A stretch of 64,000 nucleotides of DNA, from assembly GCA_964016885.1 (NCBI GenBank), contig OZ024742.1:126232001-126296000 (forward strand). Direction: 5' to 3'. Positions 1 to 13,104 of the stretch are shown piece after piece. The position numbers were made by a program, and so were the translations under genes. The notes under the pieces are model-generated. The model saw only the letters and a program-made list of their open reading frames with translations, did not search any database and had not been told where the DNA came from. The stretch comes from Eledone cirrhosa. Lineage: Eukaryota. The first letter of the stretch is position 1. Every line of letters starts with the position of its first letter.

Positions 1-299
1 CTCTCTCTCTCCCTCCCTCTCTCTCTCCCCCTCTCTCTCTCTCGATCAACGAGCTCTCTTTCTCCCTCTCTCTAGATCAACGAGCTCTCTCTATCTACCT
101 CCTCTCTCTCCCTCTGACCCACCCCCCCACTTTTCCCGCTATCTCTCTCGCTCCCCTCTTCTGTCTCCCCCTTTTCTTTTCTTTTCTTCTGTTTCTCTTT
201 CTTTTTCTCTCGCTGGAGTTATATCTCTATCTCCCTCCCTCACTCTGTCCCTCTCTAACCTCTACCCTACACCTCCCACTGTCTCCCCTCCACAGCGAA
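1..299 (+). repeat. CT-rich low-complexity leader, probably the 5' UTR or flank of the LINE
   Basis: (CT)n and pyrimidine tracts; GATCAACGAGCTCTCT occurs twice (~44-59, ~75-90). Confidence 0.6.
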
Positions 300-1253
300 A
301 TGGACTGCATGCAGGAAAAATGTGAAATCAGGAGTCAGCGAAACTGGTCGAAGATTGAACTAGCGGTTTTGATCAAGGGGTGGACTGTGGCTGATGGGTC
401 TCCACCAAGCAAAAAGATGGCGGAGAACCTGAAGAGCCATGGGTTTCTGAGGACCCTGGTACAGATAGAGAGAAAGAGAAAAGAAATTGAGAAGGCGTAT
501 GTCCTCATAGCGCCTCATATGGCGATGCTAAGCCGTGTCCTCAGGGAGGAGAAAACCGAAGGGAGGGATGAGGAGAAGGAGAGGGAAAGGGAAGAGGAAA
601 AAGAAAGGGAAAAAGAAAAGGGGGAGAGCACAAGCACGGACCTGAAAGAAAATGATATACCCTCCGCTACAGGCAAGGAGGACAGGCCGGGCAACCAACA
701 AGCTAAGGGCAAAGGTGAAAAGCGAAATCACCTTCCGAAGGAGAACCAAGCGCAGAGGGACCAGTGGACAACTGTTCAAAGAAAGAACAGAAAGCACCGA
801 GACACTGGGAGCAAAAAACCCCAAGTAATGTGCAAGTTTTTCAAGAACGGGACATGCTGGCATGGAGAGACAGGGATGGGATGCAGATTCGCCCACCCTA
901 GGTCTCAAACGAACTATGCCCATCATACTCGCGCAACATGCCCCAGCCTAAGCCGAAATAAGCCGCTCCAGAAGTATGCTGATGTCGCGCGTGCTGCACC
1001 AACAAGGAGAAGGCACGCACATGCCGACGAGATACAGATGGCAGCAGCAGATCAGAAAAATTTTTTAGTGATGGCAGAGAAGATTGTGGGACAGCTGACC
1101 TGGCTGCATCGTCTCCAGAGCCAGGGTCATCCACACCAGCACTCGAGACCACCGCAGTTAAGGGACCCAGAGTGGCCGCCGCTGACACCAGACCAGGTGT
1201 CATACCGACAGCCATTACTGGCACCCCAAAAGTCACACCAGTGCTGCTGCTGA
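300..1253 (+). CDS. LINE ORF1 with N-terminal Myb/SANT-like (trihelix) domain, E/K-rich linker and CCCH zinc finger
   Basis: RNWSKIELAVLIKGW...KMAENLKSHGFLRTLVQIERKRKEIEKAY fits the trihelix pattern; CKFFKNGTCWHGETGMGCRFAH is C-x7-C-x8-C-x3-H. Confidence 0.75.
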   Translation: MDCMQEKCEIRSQRNWSKIELAVLIKGWTVADGSPPSKKMAENLKSHGFLRTLVQIERKRKEIEKAYVLIAPHMAMLSRVLREEKTEGRDEEKEREREEEKEREKEKGESTSTDLKENDIPSATGKEDRPGNQQAKGKGEKRNHLPKENQAQRDQWTTVQRKNRKHRDTGSKKPQVMCKFFKNGTCWHGETGMGCRFAHPRSQTNYAHHTRATCPSLSRNKPLQKYADVARAAPTRRRHAHADEIQMAAADQKNFLVMAEKIVGQLTWLHRLQSQGHPHQHSRPPQLRDPEWPPLTPDQVSYRQPLLAPQKSHQCCC

Positions 1254-4213
1254 ATGTCAGGGACCTGGTGAAACTCAGCAACATGAGTAAAATTTCCTAC
1301 CTGGGAGACTTAGCCATAAGCAATCAAGCAGTATGCATGGCACTAACCGAAACGCACCTGACAAGCAGTATAGCAGATGCAGAAATACATATACCGAAAT
1401 ATACTGTATTTTGTTCGGACAGGAAGGAGAAAACTCATGGTGGGGTTGCTCTGTATATCCGTGAAGATGTCACACCAATTGTACTGTTGACACATTCAAA
1501 CTCAGTCTGTGACACACTGATAATACATATGAAGCAACTACAGACGGTAATATGTGTCACATATCGGCCGCCCGATGCCCCCAGTCATGAGGGTAAATTT
1601 GAGGATAGCCTAAGTAGGATAGAAGAGGTCCTTGACAAACTGGACCAGGGTCTCAACATCCTACTGCTGGGAGACTTCAACCTACCAAAGGTCAAATGGC
1701 CTGAGGGCCACCTCCTCCCTGGAATGACGTCAATAGAACAGAGACAGACGGAATCCCTGCTGGCCCTCACACACAGGCTGTTCATGGAGCAAGCAATACT
1801 CCTCCCAACAAGAGGCGAAAATGTCCTGGACCTCTGTTTTACAAACAACGAAGTGCTCATCCACAATGTAAAGGTGACACCAACAATTCTCTCGGATCAT
1901 AACTTGGTAGAGCTAATGATATGTGGTCCAAGAGAACCAACAGAGACAAAACCACCAAGAAGCTCCGGGACGCTATCCAGCCTTAACTTCTACGGGGCTG
2001 ACTGGAAGAAGATTAAGAGTGAAATCCGGAAGCAAACATGGAGTGCAAACATCGCCACACAAGACACTAACACACAATTTCAACACTTCATGACAACGAT
2101 ACACACCATATGCAAAAAGTGTGTCCCGGAGAAAGAGGCAAACAGACACAAAAATCTTATTACCAGAGATAGGAAAATCCTTATGAGACGTAGAACTAAA
2201 CTCTCAAACCAGTTGAATAGTCAACAAAACCAAAACAAGAAGGAATCCTATTTGAAACATGCACTACTTGACACCGAGATTGCACTCAAGCTTTCACATG
2301 AGAATGAGAGGGCAAGGAAAGAGAACAGGGCCATAGAAAACATTAAAACAAACCCTAAGGACTTCTTTAAATTTGCAAAAGAAACTGCCTCAGTACACTG
2401 CAAGATTGGACCACTCTTCCACACGGACGGTTCATTAACCGAAAATCCCCAAGAGATATGTGAAATACTGAACGAACAGTACAAAAGTGTCTTCACATGT
2501 CCACTGAGGCACATGCAAATAACGAAGCCAGAGGAGTTCTTTGATGCCACAACACTACATCAAGAAATGGCAACCATCAACCACATAGACATAATGGAGG
2601 AGGATGTGGTGTACGCCATTGATGAAATTAGAACAGACTCGGCTGCTGGACCTGATGGATTCCCAGCAGTTCTCCTAAAAATATGTAAGCGGGCCTTAGC
2701 AACTCCACTGAAGATGCTCTTCAGAAGCTCCTTGGCTAGCGGTATACTACCCAGGGAGCTGAAAGAAGGCACAATATGCCCTATCCATAAAGGAGGTAGT
2801 AGAGCGGAGGCCAAGAACTATAGGCCAGTCTCCCTGACGTCGCATATCAGTAAGGTCATGGAGCGAGTCGTCAGAAAGAAACTAATCACTTTCCTCGAAG
2901 AAAATGACCGCCTGACTAGCACGCAACATGGCTTCCGCCCAGGAAGAAGCTGCCTTACACAGCTGCTACATCACTACGACTGGGTACTGAGACAACTACT
3001 AGACAGCTCACATGTAGACGTGATATATCTTGACTTTGCGAAGGCCTTTGACAAGGTCGACCACGGAATGATATGTCACAAACTACACGGACTCGGCATA
3101 ACTGGAAAAGTAGGTGAGTGGCTGCATGGCTTCCTAAGGGACAGAAGCCAGGCAGTCGCAGCAAATGGGGCCCTCTCGAGGGAAACACCGATAACAAGTG
3201 GGGTGCCCCAGGGGACAGTCCTGGGACCACTACTGTTTTTGGTGGCTCTCTCGGACATGCCCTCTGTGGTGCATGCAACAACATCCCTCACTAGCTATGC
3301 TGATGACACTAAGGTAGCACAGGCAATCAAAAACCCGGCTGACGCTGCCCTCTTACAGCAGGATCTGGATGCCATATACAGATGGGCGGAAGAAAACAAC
3401 ATGCAGTTTAATGCTGGCAAATTCCAAGCCCTACAATACAAACCTGCAAACACAAACACAAATATAGCGGAACACAGCTACACAGGACCAGGAGGGACCG
3501 ATATCCCCGTGTCAAAATCGATACGAGACCTGGGCATAGACATGAGCGATGATGCATCTTTTTCTTCACACATCATGAAGGTGGCGACAGCATGTAGACG
3601 ATTCGCTGGCTGGATCTTGAGGACTTTCCTTACAAGAGATCGAGACACCATGTTGACACTGTGGAGGACTTTTGTCCTAAGCCGCCTGGACTACTGCTCC
3701 CAGCTGTGGTCACCCCATAGTGTCAAACTAACCACAGAGCTTGAGGCAATCCAGCGAAGCTACACCAAGAGGATTGCCAAGATGAGGGAGACAAGCTACT
3801 GGGAGAGGCTGAAGGAACTGAACCTCTACTCCTTGGAGCGAAGACGGGGGAGATACGCAGTGATCTAGATGTGGAAAATCCTGGAGGGACTAGCACCAAA
3901 CTTTGGCATTGGGAGCTGGACCAACCGTCGAACAGGACGTCACTGTGTGGTGCCAAAGGTCCCGTCTTCCACATCTAGAATAAGGAGCAGGTATTGCAAT
4001 AGCCTGGGATTCAAGGGCCCTCAACTCTTCAACAGGCTGCCGAGGCATCTGCGAGACTTTCATGACGTGGAGGTGGATGTCTTTAAGAAACATCGCGACA
4101 CCTTGTTATCCAGGAGTCCGGATGAGCCCACAGCAAGACACGAGGGAAACCTAAGGGCAGCAGCAACAAACTCCCTCCTACACCAGTGGCCAACCTATAC
4201 AGGCTGGAGATAA
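1172..4213 (+). pseudogene. LINE ORF2 (AP endonuclease + reverse transcriptase) with a single in-frame TAG at 3866-3868
   Basis: APE motifs LLNVRDL, LTETHL, YRPP, GDFN, LDL, SDH; RT motifs GPDG, NYRPVSLTS, QHGFR, LDFAKAFDKV, GVPQGTVLGP, YADD; after the stop MWKILEG...LFNRLP...PDEP...NSLL continues in the same frame. Confidence 0.92.
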
Positions 4214-4288
4214 AATGTGTAGCAACAAGGGCGGTGCCCCAGCATGGCCTCAGCCGGATGGCTGAAACAGGTAAAAGAGTAAAAGAGT

Positions 4289-4322
<34 letters not shown>

Positions 4323-4506
4323 ATATATACATATATATACATATATATATATACAAATATATACACACATATATAAATATACATATACATATACACATAT
4401 ATACATATATATACACACATATATACATATACATATACACACATATATTTATATATACATATATATACATATATACATATATATATATATATACATATGT
4501 ATATAC

Positions 4507-4657
<151 letters not shown>

Positions 4658-4847
4658 CATATATACATATATATACATATATATATATATACATATATAT
4701 ACATATACATATATATATATATATATACATACATATATATACACATATATATATATACACATATATATATATACACATATATATATATACACATATATAT
4801 ATACACATATATATATATACACATATATATATATACATATATATACA

Positions 4848-4885
<38 letters not shown>

Positions 4886-4896
4886 CATATATATAC

Positions 4897-4927
<31 letters not shown>

Positions 4928-5846
4928 AATATATATATATAAATATATATACATATATATATATATACACATATATATATACACATATATATATATATAC
5001 ACATATATATACATATATATATATACATACACATATATATACATATATATATATATACATACACATATATATATATACATATATATACACATATATATAC
5101 ATATATATATATACACATATATATACATATATATATATATACACATATATATACATATATATATACATATATATACATATATATATATATACATATATAT
5201 ATATACATATATATATACATATATATACATATATATATATACACATATATATACATATATACAAATATATATACATATATATATACACATATATATACAC
5301 ATATATATATACACATATATATACACATATATATATACACATATATATATACACATATATATATACACATATATATATACACATATATATATACACATAT
5401 ATATATATACATATATATATACACATATATATACACATATATATATACACATATATATACACATATATATATACACATATATATATATACATATATATAC
5501 ATTATATATATACATATATATACATATATATATATATACATATATACATATATACACATATATATACATATATATATATACACATATATATACATATATA
5601 TATATACACATATATATACATATATATATATACACATATATATACATATATATATATACACATATATATACATATATATATATACACATATATATACATA
5701 TATATATACACATATATATACATATATATATATATACACATATATATACATATATATATATATACATATATATACATATATATACATATATACATATATA
5801 TACATATATATACATATATATATATATGTATATATATATGTATATA

Positions 5847-5904
<58 letters not shown>

Positions 5905-5955
5905 CATATATACATATATATACATATATATACATATATATATGTATATATATAC

Positions 5956-5986
<31 letters not shown>

Positions 5987-6088
5987 TATATATACATATA
6001 TTATATATATATACATATACATATATATATATATACATACATATATATATATACATTTATATATATACATATATATACATATATATAC

Positions 6089-6137
<49 letters not shown>

Positions 6138-6479
6138 CATATATATACATATATATACATATATATACATATATATATATACATATATATATATATACAT
6201 ATATATTCCCAGAATTAGCCGTCGAAACGGCTTGAGCTCAGCTGTCGGGGTCTTACTGGTTCCTATTACCCACTCTACTACCTCAAGTATTGAGTACTTT
6301 GGTGCGTTATGGTCCACCTGGTTCCTTACCACATTTCCTTCGTTATATACATATATATATATACATATATATACATATATATATATACATATATATACAT
6401 ATATATACATATATATATATACATATATATACATACATATATATACATATATATATATACGTATATATATAGTATTTAC

Positions 6480-6805
6480 GTATCGAGAAAGAGAGAAAAA
6501 GGAGGGATAGGTGATACATATAGTTATTTGCCAAGTAGCGTATGCCAAAGGTGCTCGATACTAGTTCCGGCAGTATTAAATATTCAAGTGTTAATATTTA
6601 GTGGGCTAGAGAGTTAGCAGAGCGTAAGCACGTGGAAAAGTGAAAAATCGGAGAATAGACCGTTAAAACATGTTTATTTAAAATATCACCTACGTACGTT
6701 TCGCCCAATTGGGCTTCTCAAGGGCATAAATAATCACAAGTGTTCCTTATATAGTTCGGAAAGAGTTTTGGAGGTTAAATCCACATCAAGATTCATTGCT
6801 CGCAA
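6480..6805 (-). mobile_element. 3' end fragment of a Penelope-like element (Poseidon/Penelope-like C-terminus) with hammerhead motif
   Basis: Minus-strand [22 protein letters not shown] resembles the N-x-D...LS..Y..L end of PLE endonucleases; its stop at 6734 is directly followed by a hammerhead and AATAAA. Confidence 0.65.
6674..6733 (-). ncRNA. Type I hammerhead ribozyme, U3:A8 core variant
   Basis: UUAUUUA-UGC-CC UUGAGAA GCCC-AAUU-GGGC GAAA C-GUAC-GUA^ GG-UGAUAUUU-UAAAUAA. Confidence 0.75.
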
Positions 6806-7163
6806 AAATATACATATATATACATATATATACATACATATATATACATATATATATATACATATATATACATATATATATATATACACATATATACATA
6901 CATATATATACATATACATATATACACATATATACATATATATATATACACATATATACATATATATATATACACATATATACATATATATATATACACA
7001 TATATACATATATATATATACACATATATACATATATATATATACACATATATACATATATATACATACATATATATACATATATATACATATATATATA
7101 TACATATATATACATATATATACATATATATATATATACATATATATACATATATATATATAC

Positions 7164-7250
<87 letters not shown>

Positions 7251-7397
7251 CATATATATACATATATATACATATATATATATACATATATATATATACA
7301 TATATATACATATATATACATATATATATATATATACATATATATATACATATATACATATACATATACATATATATACATATATACATATATATAC

Positions 7398-7428
<31 letters not shown>

Positions 7429-7543
7429 CATATATATACATATATATACATATATACATATATATACATATATATATATATAATATATATAATATATATA
7501 TATATATAATATATATACATATATATAATATATATATATATAA

Positions 7544-7583
<40 letters not shown>

Positions 7584-7762
7584 ATATGTATATATATATA
7601 CATATATATATATATAATATGTATATATATATACATATATATATATATAATATATATATATATACATATATATATATAATATGTATATATATATACATAT
7701 ATATATATATAATATATATACATATATATATATAATATGTATATATATATACATATATATAT

Positions 7763-7797
<35 letters not shown>

Positions 7798-7823
7798 ATA
7801 TGTATATATATATACATATATAT

Positions 7824-7858
<35 letters not shown>

Positions 7859-7878
7859 ATATGTATATATATATATAC

Positions 7879-7909
<31 letters not shown>

Positions 7910-7939
7910 ATATGTATATATATATACATATATATATAC

Positions 7940-7970
<31 letters not shown>

Positions 7971-7975
7971 ATATG

Positions 7976-8011
<36 letters not shown>

Positions 8012-8061
8012 ATATGTATATATATATACATATATATATATACATATATATATATAATATG

Positions 8062-8111
<50 letters not shown>

Positions 8112-8131
8112 ATATGTATATATATATACAT

Positions 8132-9430
8132 ATAATATAAGATCAAAAGATGGTTAAAGGAGTTCCATATATTTTATTATGCGCATTTCAAAAACAAACA
8201 TCATCAAGCAATAATATTTGTGTTTTCATCAGATAAAACAGGAGAACATGATATGAAGGCTAAAAAACACTTGTTGATAGTGCAGTTTTAAATCAACATA
8301 TGAAAAGTGGTTTTAGATTGATGTGTGATATTGGGAAAAATATTTTATTTAGAGAGGGGGGGGGAGGATGAAAAGGGAAGGAGATGAGAGGGAGAGATGG
8401 GTGATAGAGAGAAAGAGATAGTTTTTATAACTGAGAGGAGATATATTTTTTACATAGAGGGGTTGAAAACCGTTGGAAGATACTGTATAAATTAAAAATT
8501 TTGAAAATTAACGAAGGGAGGATATGTGCGTGGAAAAAATATTTTATTTAGGGAGGGGGGTGGGGTGGAAAGGATGAAAAAAAGGGGGGAGGAGATGAGA
8601 GTGAAGGTGGAGAAGGAGAGATGGGTGATAGAGAGAAAGAGATAGTTTTTATAACTGAGAAAAAGATATATTGTTTTAATATAGAGAGGTTGGGAACCGT
8701 TGGAAGATAATGTATAAATTAAAGGAATTTGAAAATTAACGAAGGGAAATTATGTATGAAGATAGAGAGAAAAAAATAATAATTGTGGGTGAATATTCTA
8801 ACGTCAAAAGAAGAAATGTATGTATTGTGGCAATTTCAAAATTAGCGAAGAGAAAAGTTGTTATGGTTTGTGTGTAGAAGGATTTGAGAAAAATAATGTG
8901 AAGTTAAAGTTTGTATATTGAATTGATATGTATTAATAATGAGTTCGTTGATGGGGAGAAAAAAATAATAATAAATTAAGGATGAAATTGAGATTAAAAA
9001 GATTTATGATAGAGAGAAAAAATAATAATGATTGCGGATGAATATTCAAAATGTTTTTGTATCTAGGTCTTTTATTAAAATTATTGGAATGGTCATGATT
9101 AATTATTCTAGGAAAACTTACAGTAGAATAATTAATCATGACCATTCCAATAATTTTAATAAAAGACCTAGATACAAAAACATAATCTGGTATAATGCTC
9201 CTTTCTCCATCTCTATTAATAACAATATTCCTAAATTATTGTTTAGTGCCTTAAATAAATGCTTCCCTCCCTCACATATCTATAGTAAAATATTTAACAA
9301 ACATACCATCAAATTTTCGTATTCTACATCCTCCAATATTTCCAACATCATCTCTAAACACAACAACAAAATATTAAATACTAAACATATAGTTTTTGGT
9401 TGATTTAACCATCTTTTGATCTTATATTAT
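8132..9430. mobile_element. Rearranged non-autonomous Naiad-type PLE derivative: two head-to-head deleted copies
   Basis: KNIIWYNAPFS...KCFPPSHIYSKIFNKHTIKFSYS...HNNKIL motif on +; 27-bp outer inverted repeats; 60-bp inner palindrome; hammerhead near the left end; internal ~190-bp duplication. Confidence 0.75.
8162..8247 (-). ncRNA. Type I hammerhead ribozyme with canonical CUGAUGA/GAAA core
   Basis: UUUUAU CUGAUGA [long AU/GU stem II] GAAA U-GCGC-AUA^ AUAAAA; stem I extended by GUUC/GAAC. Confidence 0.85.
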
Positions 9431-9514
9431 GCATACTCCAGTCCCACAAACTGTAGAGTGCTTCTTATCCGATATCTGCATTGCTTTATTGTACTACAAT
9501 AAAACTCACCTCCT

Positions 9515-10214
<700 letters not shown>

Positions 10215-11480
10215 CCTAGTCATGGGATACCTGGAAATCACCCTCTACACTAAAGTCCTAAACAAATTTGGAAACACCCTCTACTTACACATTGAAAGGA
10301 ACTGGAAGCGATATCTAGATGACTGCTTCATCCCTTGGCACGAAAACATCGGAAAACTTAAAGAATTTCACACCCTTATAAATGGGCTCAACACAAATAT
10401 TAACTTCACGATGGAATACAGCCATCAACAACTCCCCTTCCTCGACATCCTCATTAAGATCCATAACAAAAAAATAGAAACAGACATATACTACAAGGCC
10501 ACAGACTCCAAGCAATACCTCCCCTTCAACTCTTGCCACCCTAGACACGTTAAAATTAATATTCCCTACAACTTAGCCAAGAGAATCTGTACTATAGTCT
10601 CCAATAAAAACATCTGCTACTTACGGCTACAAGAACTAAAGGACACACTCATAGGCAGGGACTACCCTGCATCACTAATTGACAATGGAATCCAACGTGC
10701 CCTAAAACTCAGTACCCAGGACCTTAGACACCCTAAAGTAAATCAACCAAAACTAAAAGCTCTTCCAAACATCTCCACACACAACCCCCTCAACAATGAG
10801 GCCTTTGACACCATCCTCCAGAACATCCCTGTATTGAAAAAGGACCATAGAATGAACCAAATTTTACGAACACACGATATCATAAAGAGCAAAAGACAAT
10901 CCAAGTCAATGAAAAACATCTTAACACATGCCAAAGTACTGCCAACCACAACAACGAAACCCACAGTAAAAAAATGCGATAGACCCAACTGTGGCATTTG
11001 CATCAACCTAATAGAGGGTTCGGAATTCTATTTCAAAGATGGACAACGTTTTATAGTAAAACACAATTTCACATGTGCATCGGAAAATCTAATATATGTA
11101 TTAACTTGTTCAGGTTGTCGAGAACAATACATAGGCCATACCAAAAACAGCCTCCGCCAACGCATGACTGTCCATAGATCCCAAATTAAAATACGGGAAT
11201 ACAGGAAAATACCACTGAGTGAACACATTGATACCTGTGCCGCCCAAAATCATCCCAACTTCAGAATATTTCCCCTCTACAAATTTAAAGATAATGCCAC
11301 CCACACCCAGCGCATCAGCAAGGAATCTTACTTCATTAACAAATACGGACCCCGTCTAAACACTTCTCCCTAAGACGAACCCACAACATACACACGTCAA
11401 CATACATACCTACATCAGCACACATCTCTACCCACATATAAACACAATGACACACGTAAACACACATGCTCTATGGTGCA
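10215..11480 (+). mobile_element. 5'-truncated Neptune-type PLE; ORF 10222-11373 encodes the RT C-terminal part and GIY-YIG endonuclease
   Basis: VMGYLE...[29 protein letters not shown], Cys linker [21 protein letters not shown]...QYIGHT...RMTVH, terminal P.LN; uninterrupted for 383 aa. Confidence 0.9.
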
Positions 11481-11699
11481 ATACAAAAAAAATATATGTG
11501 CATATATATGTATGTATATATGTATATATATATATATATATATATGTAGTGAATGTATGTATGTGTGTATATATATATGGTGAATATCATTTCACACCTT
11601 TTATTGTTAAGATTTTTGATGTTCTATTAAGAGAACCGATTTTACTGAAAAAATCGAATAATGTACACCATTTTACCAGGGGGAAAAAAATACTGGTCC

Positions 11700-12160
<461 letters not shown>

Positions 12161-12188
12161 ATTTGTTGTGAAAGAGTCATTTCTCAAT

Positions 12189-12422
12189 CTTGGCGCAAAA
12201 CCAATTTTTTATCCACATGACCTCTACCGACCAATCAAAATTGTTTTGACCAATAATTTTTGCTGGAGCCACTTTTTTAACATTTTAACATAAAAACAGT
12301 CTTGGCGCAAAATCAACTTTTTACATTCACATGACCTCTACCGACCAATCAAAATTGTTTTGACCACAAGCATTTTTGCAACACAAAAATAACGCTGGAG
12401 CCACTTTTTTAACATAAAAACA
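12189..12422. repeat. Tandem duplication of a ~111-bp unit
   Basis: CTTGGCGCAAAA...CACATGACCTCTACCGACCAATCAAAATTGTTTTGACCA...GCTGGAGCCACTTTTTTAACAT occurs twice. Confidence 0.8.
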
Positions 12423-12644
12423 GGTAGAATTCCCAAAACTAATCAGATCAGAGCAAACAGCACGGACACTCTATCTCAAAATTATTTTTGAAAAGCATTT
12501 AGAAATGCGCAACCGGTAAAAACTTAAAAACTTAAAACCACAACTGAATACTAACCCATACAATCACTAATACTCTTTTATTCCTAATTAAACCATTTTT
12601 CAACTGTGAACAATTTGTCAGCATTTTCTATTCCGTTTACCAAT

Positions 12645-12750
12645 ACATACATATATATATACATACATATATATATATACATACATATATATATATATAC
12701 ATACATATTTATACATACATACATATATATACATACATACATATATATAC

Positions 12751-12796
<46 letters not shown>

Positions 12797-12918
12797 TACA
12801 TATATACATATATATATACATATATAATATATATATATACATATATAATATATATATATACATATATAATATATATATATACATATATAATATATATATA
12901 TATACATATATATGTATG

Positions 12919-12990
<72 letters not shown>

Positions 12991-13005
12991 CGTGCGCGCG
13001 CGTGT
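12645..13005. repeat. (TA)n/(TG)n microsatellite
   Basis: Directly visible. Confidence 0.95.
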
Positions 13006-13104
13006 CAGCGTTTTTAAGTTAGAGACATATATATCCGTGAATCCCTTTCCTTCTTTTACACACACACACACACATTGCGTGACGGACAGAAGTCCCTAAA
13101 ATTT

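Larger units (their letters stand above)
300..4290 (+). mobile_element. Near full-length CR1-group (Crack/Daphne-like) non-LTR retrotransposon
   Basis: ORF1 plus APE-RT ORF2; short 3' UTR with CAGCC-GGAT-GGCTG hairpin and (GTAAAAGA)x2 tail running into (TA)n. Confidence 0.92.

Noticed and set aside
515-3974. Antisense ORFs over the LINE
   Set aside because: Shadow frames of ORF1/ORF2 with no recognisable motifs
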